A DNA stretch of 40,387 nt, from positions 1 to 40,387 of the forward strand of contig CAYWTJ010000001.1 of NCBI GenBank assembly GCA_964460225.1, in the 5' to 3' direction. The stretch comes from an uncultured Planctomycetaceae bacterium. GTDB lineage: Bacteria > Planctomycetota > SZUA-567. A program made the translations under genes and the position numbers. Under the pieces are notes generated by a model. The model ran no database searches. It had not been told where the DNA came from and worked only from the letters and a program-made list of their open reading frames with translations. Below, piece after piece: positions 25,783-34,212 of the stretch (positions within the stretch are counted from its first letter, which is position 1; each line of letters begins with the position of its first letter).

Positions 25783-26427
25783 TTAACGGCGCGTGATCCG
25801 CAGCCACCAGCACTCAAGCGCCTGCCGGGGATTCCCTCCGGCAGGCGCTCTGATGAGCGGCGCGCTGCAAGCCCGGGCGCATTCACCGACAATCCCCTCC
25901 GGGGACGCAGGCTTGGATATTGCTCCAGCGACAGGAAGCGCAGACGCACCGTCCGGCACCGGCAATTCCACCCGGCAACCGGGCGAAAGGCGGGAGCAGA
26001 GCTTTTCCGTGAACGCCCGCAACTGCGCCTCGCTGTCGAAGAAATTTTTACCGATCCGGAACTTCCCGGCCGGAGTTTCAATCCCCAGAGCATCGTCCTC
26101 ATACACGCGAATCACCTGCTCCACCTCAATCCGACGGTTCCAGAACAGGCCGGGAATCGTGATCCGGTTGCCGACGAGTCCCGGCTGCGGCCGCAGACGG
26201 AAGAAAATCCGCCCCAACCGCAAAAGCGCAGAGGCCCCCGCCGCACCGCAAAAAATTAACAGAATAACCCCGATCGCGTCGGCCTGAAATAACAAGTACC
26301 AGCAGAGCCAACCAAATCCGGCCGCTACCACCATGCACATACCCACCGCCCCCGCCACGGCGGCTGGCGTGCGGCGGACATAGGTGCAATCCCTCTTTCT
26401 CCGGAGTCGTTCGGAATGTGAACGCAT
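25783..26427 (-). CDS. membrane protein with a bacterial PH-like (bPH_2/YdbS-like) domain
   Basis: Internal ATG with AAGGAGGGG RBS. A TM hairpin is followed by a beta-rich ITIPGLFWNRRIEVEQVIRV...GKFRIG. The track ORF N-terminal extension overlaps hydS and was rejected. Confidence 0.5.
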   Translation of the reverse strand: MRSHSERLRRKRDCTYVRRTPAAVAGAVGMCMVVAAGFGWLCWYLLFQADAIGVILLIFCGAAGASALLRLGRIFFRLRPQPGLVGNRITIPGLFWNRRIEVEQVIRVYEDDALGIETPAGKFRIGKNFFDSEAQLRAFTEKLCSRLSPGCRVELPVPDGASALPVAGAISKPASPEGIVGECARACSAPLIRAPAGGNPRQALECWWLRITRR

Positions 26428-26506
26428 CGTCCCCTCCTTGCCTCGCCCGCACGCCCCACCCGACAGACGGAGAACCGGATTCAGAATGGCCGTCGAAGAC
26501 CGGCCG

Positions 26507-28252
26507 TTAACTGGTTCCTTCGTCCTCCGACGCCACCGGGGGATTAGCGTAGTCCTCCGCCAGCGAACGGAGCAGAATCTCTGTCTCGGCCATATTCTCG
26601 CCCAGCTCGGCGGCGATGCTCTGAACGGTTTCGAGATTTTTCTTGATGACCTGCCGCGCGCGGTTGGCAATCTGCTCGCGCCGCTGGCCGGGGTCGGTAA
26701 TGTCCATCAGGAGCATGCCCGCCACCTGCCCCGGATCAATGGTAAAGACCCGGACCTCCAGAATCTTGTCAAACGCCCGCAGGGACTCCCGGTGCTGATC
26801 CTGCCCCGTCTGCAGATTCTCCCGGATAAGGTCCGAAAACGGCAGCATTTTCTTGAGGTTGGCCCCCTCCATTCCGGGGTTGGCCTCCCACAACAATTGC
26901 GCCTCCTCGCCGACAAGGTCCGCAAACGCCCGATTGCACTCGATGATGTGCAGATTCGCGTCCGCCACCACCACCCCGGACGGAATGCAGCGTAAAAGCG
27001 CATTCGCCTTCTTTTGCGCCTGCTTGCGCAGAAAGCTCAGGCACATGCACTGCTCGGCTCGGCCGTCAAGCAGCGCATTGGCGAACTCCCGGCAACAGTC
27101 GTAACCGCATCCGCCGCAATTAAGCTCATCCTCGGGACCTGATTTGCCAACCTTCAGCAAGGCTCCCCGAATCTCCTCCTCCGTGTGCTCCTCACTCGTT
27201 AACGGGGCGGCCGGTATCGCACCGGCAACCGGCACGCCGTCGCCGGTGCGGGGCAGCCCCTCCTGCGGAACCGCCTCCGCATCGCGGGAGGCAAGGACGT
27301 TGAGCAGGCCCGGGCGGCCGTCGCTCATGCAGGGACCGTTGATGCAACCGCCGCTACAGGCAAGCACCTCAAGGAACACCTTCTCCTTCAAATCGTCGTC
27401 CCTCAATCCCCGCAGAGCGCGCTCCATCTCGGTCAACCCCGATACGGTCACGCACCGGAAGCCCTCAATTCCGCGGCTCTTGAGGGTGCGCAACATACCG
27501 CCCTCCACCGGGTACAACGCGCCGTCGACCGCCCGCTCCGGCACGAAGGAGCAGTCGCCTTGCGGATAGACCCGCTCGGGAGTAATGCGGGCAAGCTTGA
27601 GCCAACGGCGAAGATCCTCAAAGGTGAGCGCGGCATCAAGATCCTGCGCGAAGGCATCCGATTCGGTCTTTTTGGCAATGCAGGGACTAAAGAAAACCAC
27701 GCCGATCTCCGGCCCGAAGCTCTTGCGCAAAAGCTGGCAATGCGCCATCACCGGCGAAAAGATCTCCGTAATCCGCCCCGCCAGTTCCGGCAGATATTTG
27801 CGGATAAACGCCGCCGCCGCCGGACAAGCCGAGGAAATGAAGAGATTCCCCGGCTTTCCGGGCAACTCGTCCGCCAGCCGCTGCGATACCATCTGAGCGC
27901 CAAGGGCGGTTTCGCTTACCCCGGAGAAGCCCAACTGGCGCAGGGTTTGCACCATTTTTTCCGGCGACACTCCGGGAAAGTCGCTCACCCAGGACGGCGC
28001 AAGAGCCGCGTATATCGCCCGCCCCGAACCGAGCAGTTCCTGCACCTGCGGCAGATCGTCCCGAACCCGCTTGGCGTCGTTGGGACAGACCGAAACGCAA
28101 ATTCCACACGAAACGCAGCGCTCGGCAATCACCGTCGCCCGCCCCTTCTCGACCCGGATTGCCTTCACCGGACAATTGCGCAGACATTTATAGCAATCCT
28201 GACATTCGGTGATCTCCGTGTACACCGGCGACCGGCCATCATTCTTCATCAC
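26507..28252 (-). CDS. sensory-type [FeFe] hydrogenase (HydS/HfsB-like): 2x[4Fe-4S] ferredoxin, a variant H-cluster domain, an extra Cys4 cluster, and a C-terminal PAS domain
   Basis: CxxCxxCxxxCP x2 at the N-terminus. H-cluster motifs are altered exactly as in sensory hydrogenases: L1 FISSACPAA (proton-relay Cys replaced by Ala), L2 FSPCIAKKTE (Met replaced by Ser), L3 EVLACSGGCINGPC (Met replaced by Leu). Followed by CGGCGYDCC and a PAS-like C-terminus (VVADANLHIIECNRAF...). Confidence 0.8.
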   Translation of the reverse strand: MMKNDGRSPVYTEITECQDCYKCLRNCPVKAIRVEKGRATVIAERCVSCGICVSVCPNDAKRVRDDLPQVQELLGSGRAIYAALAPSWVSDFPGVSPEKMVQTLRQLGFSGVSETALGAQMVSQRLADELPGKPGNLFISSACPAAAAFIRKYLPELAGRITEIFSPVMAHCQLLRKSFGPEIGVVFFSPCIAKKTESDAFAQDLDAALTFEDLRRWLKLARITPERVYPQGDCSFVPERAVDGALYPVEGGMLRTLKSRGIEGFRCVTVSGLTEMERALRGLRDDDLKEKVFLEVLACSGGCINGPCMSDGRPGLLNVLASRDAEAVPQEGLPRTGDGVPVAGAIPAAPLTSEEHTEEEIRGALLKVGKSGPEDELNCGGCGYDCCREFANALLDGRAEQCMCLSFLRKQAQKKANALLRCIPSGVVVADANLHIIECNRAFADLVGEEAQLLWEANPGMEGANLKKMLPFSDLIRENLQTGQDQHRESLRAFDKILEVRVFTIDPGQVAGMLLMDITDPGQRREQIANRARQVIKKNLETVQSIAAELGENMAETEILLRSLAEDYANPPVASEDEGTS

Positions 28253-28345
28253 GCCATCCCGTCAAAGTAGTTACACGATTGCCCGCACACACACACCAAT
28301 GCCCCGGCGGACCCATGCACCGCGATCATACCCCTCCGTCACTTT

Positions 28346-28457
28346 TCACGCAAACAAGAAAAATGCCCACACCCCAATGGCGCGCATAGGCGCATTGCGC
28401 CAGAAAACAGACCGCCGCAAAAACATTAAAACAATTACTGATATCACGCAAACAAGA
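28346..28457. repeat. two copies of the 14-nt direct repeat TCACGCAAACAAGA, 98 nt apart, in the hydS-rex divergent intergenic region
   Basis: Seen in sequence at about 28346-28359 and 28444-28457. Confidence 0.4.
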
Positions 28458-28572
28458 CCGCGCACGCGAAATTGCAGTCCCCGGAAAATTGGGCGCAAAC
28501 GAGAAAACATCGAATGCCATTACTAACTGATATACAACAGGTTAAATGCATTGCAAACTATATCTGAGGTTT

Positions 28573-28626
28573 TCGTGAAATATTTCTCCAAAATCTCTTG
28601 ACTTACCTTGATTGTCGGTGTATATA
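28573..28626 (+). promoter_or_regulatory. Rex-box-like site TCGTGAAatatTTCTCCA abutting a sigma70-like promoter (TTGACT-17-TATATA) upstream of rex
   Basis: Compared with the Rex consensus TTGTGAAnnnnTTCACAA, the half-sites match 6/7 and 5/7 with correct spacing. The promoter follows immediately downstream. Confidence 0.35.
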
Positions 28627-28824
28627 GAGATTAAATTACTGAAAAACTGCGGGCTGGAGTACAGTTTCTGATGGCAGTTCGGCGGGTGGCCCCAGCCGGA
28701 TGAAGCGATAAAGGATTCGGCGGCTGCGTGCGCAGGAGATGGCACGTGCTGCGGGTGCGGCAACATCACCCGGTTACTTATGGTTCGAGAAATTGTGATC
28801 TTCAACAAAGGAGAGCTCTCCCCG

Positions 28825-29520
28825 ATGACCCAGCACACCGGCGAACGAGGCGACGACGAAAACGCCAGCTCCGCACCAGTGCCGACACTGCGCAGGCTCC
28901 CGAAATATTTGGAGTATCTGCGTGGACTGCGGGTTCACGGAGATGCGCATGTCTCCTGCACCCAGATCGCCGGGGCGCTTGACCTCGTGCCGACGCAGGT
29001 TCGCAAGGATCTGGCCTGCACCGGCATCGTGGGCAAACCCAAAAAAGGCTATCCCGTCTTCGCCCTGATGTCCTCCATCGAGGATTTTCTGGGCTGGAAC
29101 AATCCCCGCGACGCATTTCTCGTTGGCGCCGGCGCGCTTGGTACGGCCATTCTCGGCTACGAAGGTTTCCGTAATAACGGCTTGAATATCGTCGCTGCCT
29201 TTGATACCGATACCTCGAAGATCGGCACCCGTATCCGCGGCGTCGAAGTTCTCCCCCTCGATAAGCTCGAAGAGCTCACCCGCCGGATGCGCATCCTCAT
29301 CGGCGTGATGACCCTGCCCTCGCAATATGCGCAGGCCGTTACAGATATTATGGTTCGCGGCGGCATCCGGGCCATCTGGAACTTCACCCCGGCGCGGGTG
29401 GTCGTACCGGAAGAGGTAATCCTTGAAAACGCGCAACTGACCTCCAGTTTTGCGGTTCTTAGCAGCAAGCTTCGCCAGACGATTTATCAGGAACGGGAAG
29501 CCGAACGCCAGCAGTCCTGA
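28825..29520 (+). CDS. rex: redox-sensing transcriptional repressor Rex
   Basis: PTLRRLPKYLEYLR, a winged-helix with VSCTQIAGALDLVPTQVRKDLACTGIVGKPKKGY, and a Rossmann LVGAGALGTAILGY...NIVAAFDTD. AAAGGAGAG RBS. Internal ATG of track ORF 28780. Confidence 0.85.
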   Translation: MTQHTGERGDDENASSAPVPTLRRLPKYLEYLRGLRVHGDAHVSCTQIAGALDLVPTQVRKDLACTGIVGKPKKGYPVFALMSSIEDFLGWNNPRDAFLVGAGALGTAILGYEGFRNNGLNIVAAFDTDTSKIGTRIRGVEVLPLDKLEELTRRMRILIGVMTLPSQYAQAVTDIMVRGGIRAIWNFTPARVVVPEEVILENAQLTSSFAVLSSKLRQTIYQEREAERQQS

Positions 29521-29694
29521 GTACATGAAGCGCATCCCCAGGACCGCGCCGGGGATGAAAGAAATCGGAGCGCGGAATCATAGAGTCGAAATACGGAGAT
29601 GGTAGCATCGGACTTGAAGCGTAACACAGTCTGAACAACCCTGTCGGAATCAAACCGGTCTGCGGTAAACAACCGAAAAAAGCGGTGTCTTCCT

Positions 29695-29712
29695 GGCTGA
29701 ACGATTTCAGCC
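29695..29712 (+). promoter_or_regulatory. palindrome GGCTGAAcgatTTCAGCC (Rex-box-like GAA-n4-TTC core) about 120 nt upstream of the hydrogenase operon
   Basis: Perfect 7-bp arms with a 4-nt spacer, seen in sequence. Confidence 0.35.
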
Positions 29713-29829
29713 GGGTTCTCTGCTGAATTAGGACAGGCTAAATCGCCGCTATCGAGAAATGAATCAGGAAATCGCGAAAGCGCTAAAATTTTAACCCAGG
29801 GGTTCGCCCCGTATCCGCAAGGAGCAGAC

Positions 29830-30321
29830 ATGCCGGCAGTAGAGGAAGACATGGCGGAGGTCGTCGCCATTCTCGACAGGTTCGAACGCAATGCATCCAA
29901 ACTCATCCCGATTCTCGCCGCAATTCAGGAGCATTACCGTTATCTGCCGGCGAAGGCGATGGCCGTGACGGCGGAACTGCTGGGCATGCCGGCGGCGAAG
30001 ATTTACGGCGTGGCGACCTTCTACGCCCACTTTGCGCTGGAGCCGAAGGGCAAACACGTGATCCGCGTCTGCGACGGCACCGCCTGCCACGTCAAGGGTT
30101 CGACCAAGATTATCGATGCGCTCTACGAGCGTCTGGGCGTCAGTGCGGAAAAGAAGACCAGCAAAGACCTGCTCTTCACGGTCGAAACCGTATCCTGCCT
30201 CGGTGCCTGCGGCCTTGCGCCGGTCATGCTGGTGGACGACGAGGTATATGGACAAGTGAAGCCTGAAAAGGCGCTCGCCCTCGTTGAAGAAATCCTCAAG
30301 ACGACTGCGGCTGCGAAGTAA
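29830..30321 (+). CDS. hydC: NuoE-like [2Fe-2S] thioredoxin-like ferredoxin subunit of multimeric [FeFe] hydrogenase (HydC/HndA-type)
   Basis: CDGTACHVKG...VSCLGACGLAPV 2Fe-2S motif. AAGGAG RBS. Confidence 0.85.
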   Translation: MPAVEEDMAEVVAILDRFERNASKLIPILAAIQEHYRYLPAKAMAVTAELLGMPAAKIYGVATFYAHFALEPKGKHVIRVCDGTACHVKGSTKIIDALYERLGVSAEKKTSKDLLFTVETVSCLGACGLAPVMLVDDEVYGQVKPEKALALVEEILKTTAAAK

Positions 30322-30376
30322 GCGCGCCGCAACGGCCTCACTGATTTGAACAACCTTTTGAGAAAGGCATATACGA

Positions 30377-32275
30377 ATGTCCACTGTCATCGATCTTGAC
30401 AAAATCGCCGCCGAATACAAAGCGGCGGAAAAGAATGTCGCCCGCCGGATCGTGATCTGCGCCGGCACCGGCTGCGTCGCCAACGGCTCCCTGAAGGTAT
30501 ATGATGCCTTCATCCGTGAGCTGAAAAAGAACAACCTCGATGTTATCGTCGACCTCGATAAGCACGACTGCTCCAAGAAAGGCGTCAACTACATTTCCCA
30601 TAGCGGCTGTCAGGGATTCTGCCAGCAGGGTCCGCTGGTCCACATCGCGCCCGACGATCTGCTTTATGTGAAGGTCACCGCCGACGACGTAGCCGAGATC
30701 GTCGAAAAGACCTTCAAGGCCAATCAGGTCGTGGAGCGCCTGCTCTACGTCAACCCGGCCACCGGCAAGAGCCATCAGGGCGATCACGACATTCCGTTCT
30801 ATACCCGCCAGAAGCGGCTGATCATGAAGAACTGCCGCATCGAGCCCGGAAGCATTCACGAGTACATCGCCGTCGGCGGTTATTTCGGCGCCCGCAAGGC
30901 TCTGCTGCAGATGACCTCCGCCGATATTTGCGAAGACGTCATCAAGAGCGGCCTGCGCGGACGCGGCGGCGGCGGCTTCCCGACCGGTCTGAAGTGGAAG
31001 CTCACCCTGCCGAACAAGGCGGAGACCAAATACATCATCTGCAACGGCGACGAGGGCGACCCCGGCGCGTTCATGAACCGCTCCGTTCTGGAGGGCAACC
31101 CCCACAGCGTGATCGAAGGGATGATCATCGCCGGCAAGGCGATCGAAGGCACCGAGGGCTACGTATACGTCCGCGCGGAATACCCGCTGGCCGTGCAGCG
31201 CATGAAGCGCGCGGTGGCCGACGCCGAGAAAGCCGGTGTGCTGGGCGAGAACATCTTCGGTTCGGGGATGTCGTTTAAGATCCACGTCATGGAAGGCGCG
31301 GGCGCGTTCGTCTGCGGCGAGGAAACCGCTCTGATCGCGTCGATCGAAGGCCAGCGCGGCATGCCCCGCCCGAAGCCCCCGTTCCCGGCCCAGAAGGGTC
31401 TGTGGAACAAGCCGACGGTCATCAACAACGTCGAGACGCTCTCCTCCATCGGCCGGATCATCACCGACGGCCCCGATGCGTTCCGCACCTGCGGCACGGA
31501 AAAGTCCCCCGGCACCAAAACGTTTGCCCTGACCGGCCACGTTGCGAACACCGGCCTGATCGAAGTGCCCTTCGGCACCACCCTGCGCGAGATTGTGATG
31601 GAAATCGGCGGCGGCGTGACCGATGACGATGGCAATCTCACCGGCGAGTGCTTCAAGTCGGTGCAGATCGGCGGTCCTTCCGGCGGCTGTCTGACCGAAG
31701 AGATGCTCGACCTGCCCCTCGACTACGATTCCCTGCGCTCAGTCGGCGCAATGGTCGGCTCCGGCGGTCTGGTTGTGATGAACAAGCAGACCTGCATGGT
31801 GAAGATGGCGAAGTTCTTCATGCAGTTCACACAGAACGAATCCTGCGGCAAGTGCGTGCCCTGCCGCGAAGGCACCAAGCAGATGCTGGCGATGCTGGAG
31901 GATATCACCAAGGGCGAAGCGACCGACGAGACGCTTAAGACCCTTGAGGAACTGGCGAAGGCGGTGGCGAAGGCCTCGCTCTGTGGCCTCGGCAAGACCG
32001 CGCCCAACCCGGTGCTCTCAACCTTGCGTTACTTCAAGGATGAATACATCGCGCACGTCCGCGACAAGCGCTGTCCCAGCGGCCAATGCAAGGATCTGGC
32101 GATGCCGGAGATTCTGGCCGACAAGTGCAAGGGCTGCACGGCATGCGTCCGCAAGTGCCCGGTGGGCGCGATCAGCGGCGAAGTGAAGAAGCCGCACGTG
32201 ATCGACGCGAGCAAGTGCATCAAGTGCGGCGCCTGCGCGGCGGCCTGCAAGTTCGGCGCGGTGGTGGGTGTCTGA
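30377..32275 (+). CDS. hydB: NuoF-like NAD(P)H-binding flavoprotein subunit of multimeric [FeFe] hydrogenase (HydB/HndC-type), with an N-terminal 2Fe-2S domain and C-terminal 2x[4Fe-4S] ferredoxin
   Basis: GRGGGGFPTGLKWK (NADH/FMN site). ESCGKCVPCREG (4Fe-4S). C-terminal CKGCTACVRKCP and CIKCGACAAAC. Confidence 0.85.
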   Translation: MSTVIDLDKIAAEYKAAEKNVARRIVICAGTGCVANGSLKVYDAFIRELKKNNLDVIVDLDKHDCSKKGVNYISHSGCQGFCQQGPLVHIAPDDLLYVKVTADDVAEIVEKTFKANQVVERLLYVNPATGKSHQGDHDIPFYTRQKRLIMKNCRIEPGSIHEYIAVGGYFGARKALLQMTSADICEDVIKSGLRGRGGGGFPTGLKWKLTLPNKAETKYIICNGDEGDPGAFMNRSVLEGNPHSVIEGMIIAGKAIEGTEGYVYVRAEYPLAVQRMKRAVADAEKAGVLGENIFGSGMSFKIHVMEGAGAFVCGEETALIASIEGQRGMPRPKPPFPAQKGLWNKPTVINNVETLSSIGRIITDGPDAFRTCGTEKSPGTKTFALTGHVANTGLIEVPFGTTLREIVMEIGGGVTDDDGNLTGECFKSVQIGGPSGGCLTEEMLDLPLDYDSLRSVGAMVGSGGLVVMNKQTCMVKMAKFFMQFTQNESCGKCVPCREGTKQMLAMLEDITKGEATDETLKTLEELAKAVAKASLCGLGKTAPNPVLSTLRYFKDEYIAHVRDKRCPSGQCKDLAMPEILADKCKGCTACVRKCPVGAISGEVKKPHVIDASKCIKCGACAAACKFGAVVGV

Positions 32276-32314
32276 GCCGTTCATCAACAAAATTAACCTA
32301 TAAGGATATTCAAC

Positions 32315-34066
32315 ATGACCACAACTGAGAAGAAAACCCTGACGGTGGACGGCCAGGTGGTGGAAATCGGCAACGAACGCAACCTGCTGGAATTGATCCG
32401 CCGCGTCGGCATCAACCTGCCCACCTTCTGCTACCACTCCGACCTGAGCATCTACGGCGCGTGCCGCCTGTGCCTCGTCGACGTCGAAAAGCGCGGCATC
32501 ATGGCCTCCTGCTCGACCGCGCCCGAGGCCGGGATGGTCGTCCAGACCAACACCGAAGAAATCCGCCAGATGCGCAAGATCACCATCGAGCTGCTGCTGG
32601 CCAACCACAAGCGCGAATGCCCCACCTGCGAACGGAGCAACAACTGCTCCCTGCTGACCCTGTCGCGTCAGTTGGGCGTGGATACCGTCCGCTACAAGAA
32701 CCGGACCGCCGAAACCCCGCTTGACTTCTCGAGCCCGTCGCTGGTCCGCGATCCCAACAAGTGCATTCTCTGCGGCGATTGCGTCCGGATGTGTTCGGAA
32801 GTTCAGGGCATCGGCGCGATCGACTTCTCCTTCCGCGGCTCGAAGTCCTGCGTCTCTCCGGCGTTCGACAAGGACCTCGGCGACGTTGAATGCGTCAACT
32901 GCGGCCAGTGCGCGCAGGTCTGCCCGACCGGCGCTCTCGTGGTCCGCTCGCAGCGTGACGCGGTGTGGAAGGCGATCAACGACCCGAAGAAGACCGTGGT
33001 CGCGCAGATTGCTCCGGCTGTCCGCGTCGCCATCGGTGAATACTTCGGCATCGAGCCGGGCACCGACTGCACCGGCCAGATGGCTACCGCCCTGCGCCTG
33101 ATGGGCTTTGACGAGGTGTACGACACCAGCTTCGCGGCCGACATGACCATTCTGGAAGAGGCCAACGAGCTGCTCGGGCGCGTGAAGGAAGGCAAGAACC
33201 TGCCGCTCTTCACCAGCTGCTGCCCCGGTTGGGTGAAGTTCGTCGAGACCTATTACCCCGAACTCAACGCGAACCTCTCCACCTGCAAGAGCCCGCAGCA
33301 GATGTTCGGCTCGGTGGCAAAGAAGATGCTGCCCGAGAAGCTCAAGGTCAAGCGCGAAGACCTCGTGGTCGTCTCGATCATGCCCTGCACCGCGAAGAAG
33401 TTCGAGGCCGGCCTCGACAAGTTCAAGACCGAAGGGCAGCCGGACGTCGATTTCGTCATCACCACGCAGGAACTGGCGCGTATGATTAACGGCCGCGGCA
33501 TTGAGTTCAAGAGCCTTGAGCCGAGCTCCCTCGACATGCCGATGGGCTTCTATACCGGCGCGGGCGTGATCTTCGGCGCGACCGGCGGCGTGATGGAAGC
33601 GGCGCTGCGCTACGCGGCTGGCGTCGTCAACGGCGTCGACGGTGGTTCGCTGCAGTTCCAGGCCGTGCGCGGCTTCGAGGGAATCAAGGAAGCGACCGTC
33701 AACCTCGGCGGCACAGACGTTCAGGTTGCCGTCGCGCACGGGCTGAAGAACGCCCGCAAGCTGGTGGAAGCAATCAAGAGCGGCGAGAAGAGCTATCACT
33801 TCATCGAGATCATGGCCTGCCCAGGCGGCTGCATCGCCGGCGGTGGCCAGCCGCAACTGGACAAGGTCACCAAGGCCAAGAGCAAGGCCGCGCGCGCCAA
33901 GGGGCTTTACACCTCCGACCGCGTGCTGCAACTGCACAACTCCGGCGACAACACCATGGTTCAACAGGCGTACGACAAGTGCCTGCACGGCGGCATCGGC
34001 GGGCACGACGCGCACACCGCGCTGCACACCTGCTACCAGAACCGCTGCGATCTGCTCAAGCCGTAA
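32315..34066 (+). CDS. hydA: [FeFe] hydrogenase catalytic subunit HydA (2Fe-2S, His-ligated 4Fe-4S, 2x4Fe-4S, H-cluster)
   Basis: Canonical H-cluster motifs FTSCCPGWVKF, MPCTAKKFE and EIMACPGGCIAGGGQP. N-terminal CYHSDLSIYGACRLC and HKRECPTCERSNNC. AAGGA RBS. Confidence 0.9.
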   Translation: MTTTEKKTLTVDGQVVEIGNERNLLELIRRVGINLPTFCYHSDLSIYGACRLCLVDVEKRGIMASCSTAPEAGMVVQTNTEEIRQMRKITIELLLANHKRECPTCERSNNCSLLTLSRQLGVDTVRYKNRTAETPLDFSSPSLVRDPNKCILCGDCVRMCSEVQGIGAIDFSFRGSKSCVSPAFDKDLGDVECVNCGQCAQVCPTGALVVRSQRDAVWKAINDPKKTVVAQIAPAVRVAIGEYFGIEPGTDCTGQMATALRLMGFDEVYDTSFAADMTILEEANELLGRVKEGKNLPLFTSCCPGWVKFVETYYPELNANLSTCKSPQQMFGSVAKKMLPEKLKVKREDLVVVSIMPCTAKKFEAGLDKFKTEGQPDVDFVITTQELARMINGRGIEFKSLEPSSLDMPMGFYTGAGVIFGATGGVMEAALRYAAGVVNGVDGGSLQFQAVRGFEGIKEATVNLGGTDVQVAVAHGLKNARKLVEAIKSGEKSYHFIEIMACPGGCIAGGGQPQLDKVTKAKSKAARAKGLYTSDRVLQLHNSGDNTMVQQAYDKCLHGGIGGHDAHTALHTCYQNRCDLLKP

Positions 34067-34212
34067 TTCCGGCAACATGAAGATCGGGCAATGAAATGCA
34101 AGCGGGGCGCACAGTGTGCGCCCCGCCTTTATCTTTATCCGCTATGAGCCGAACCGGCAACACCCCGCAAAGGCGAACATGACCGCATTGGGGATGGCCG
34201 GAACGAGGAGAA

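Noticed and set aside
26428-26670. 81-codon N-terminal extension of the bPH membrane-protein ORF
   Set aside because: Overlaps the 3' end of hydS and is Arg/Trp/Pro-rich. An internal ATG with an AAGGAGGGG RBS is used instead.
30338-34078. Minus-strand ORFs 30338..31540 and 32018..34078 antisense to hydB/hydA
   Set aside because: Antisense artefacts. The plus strand encodes unmistakable NuoF-like and H-cluster motifs.
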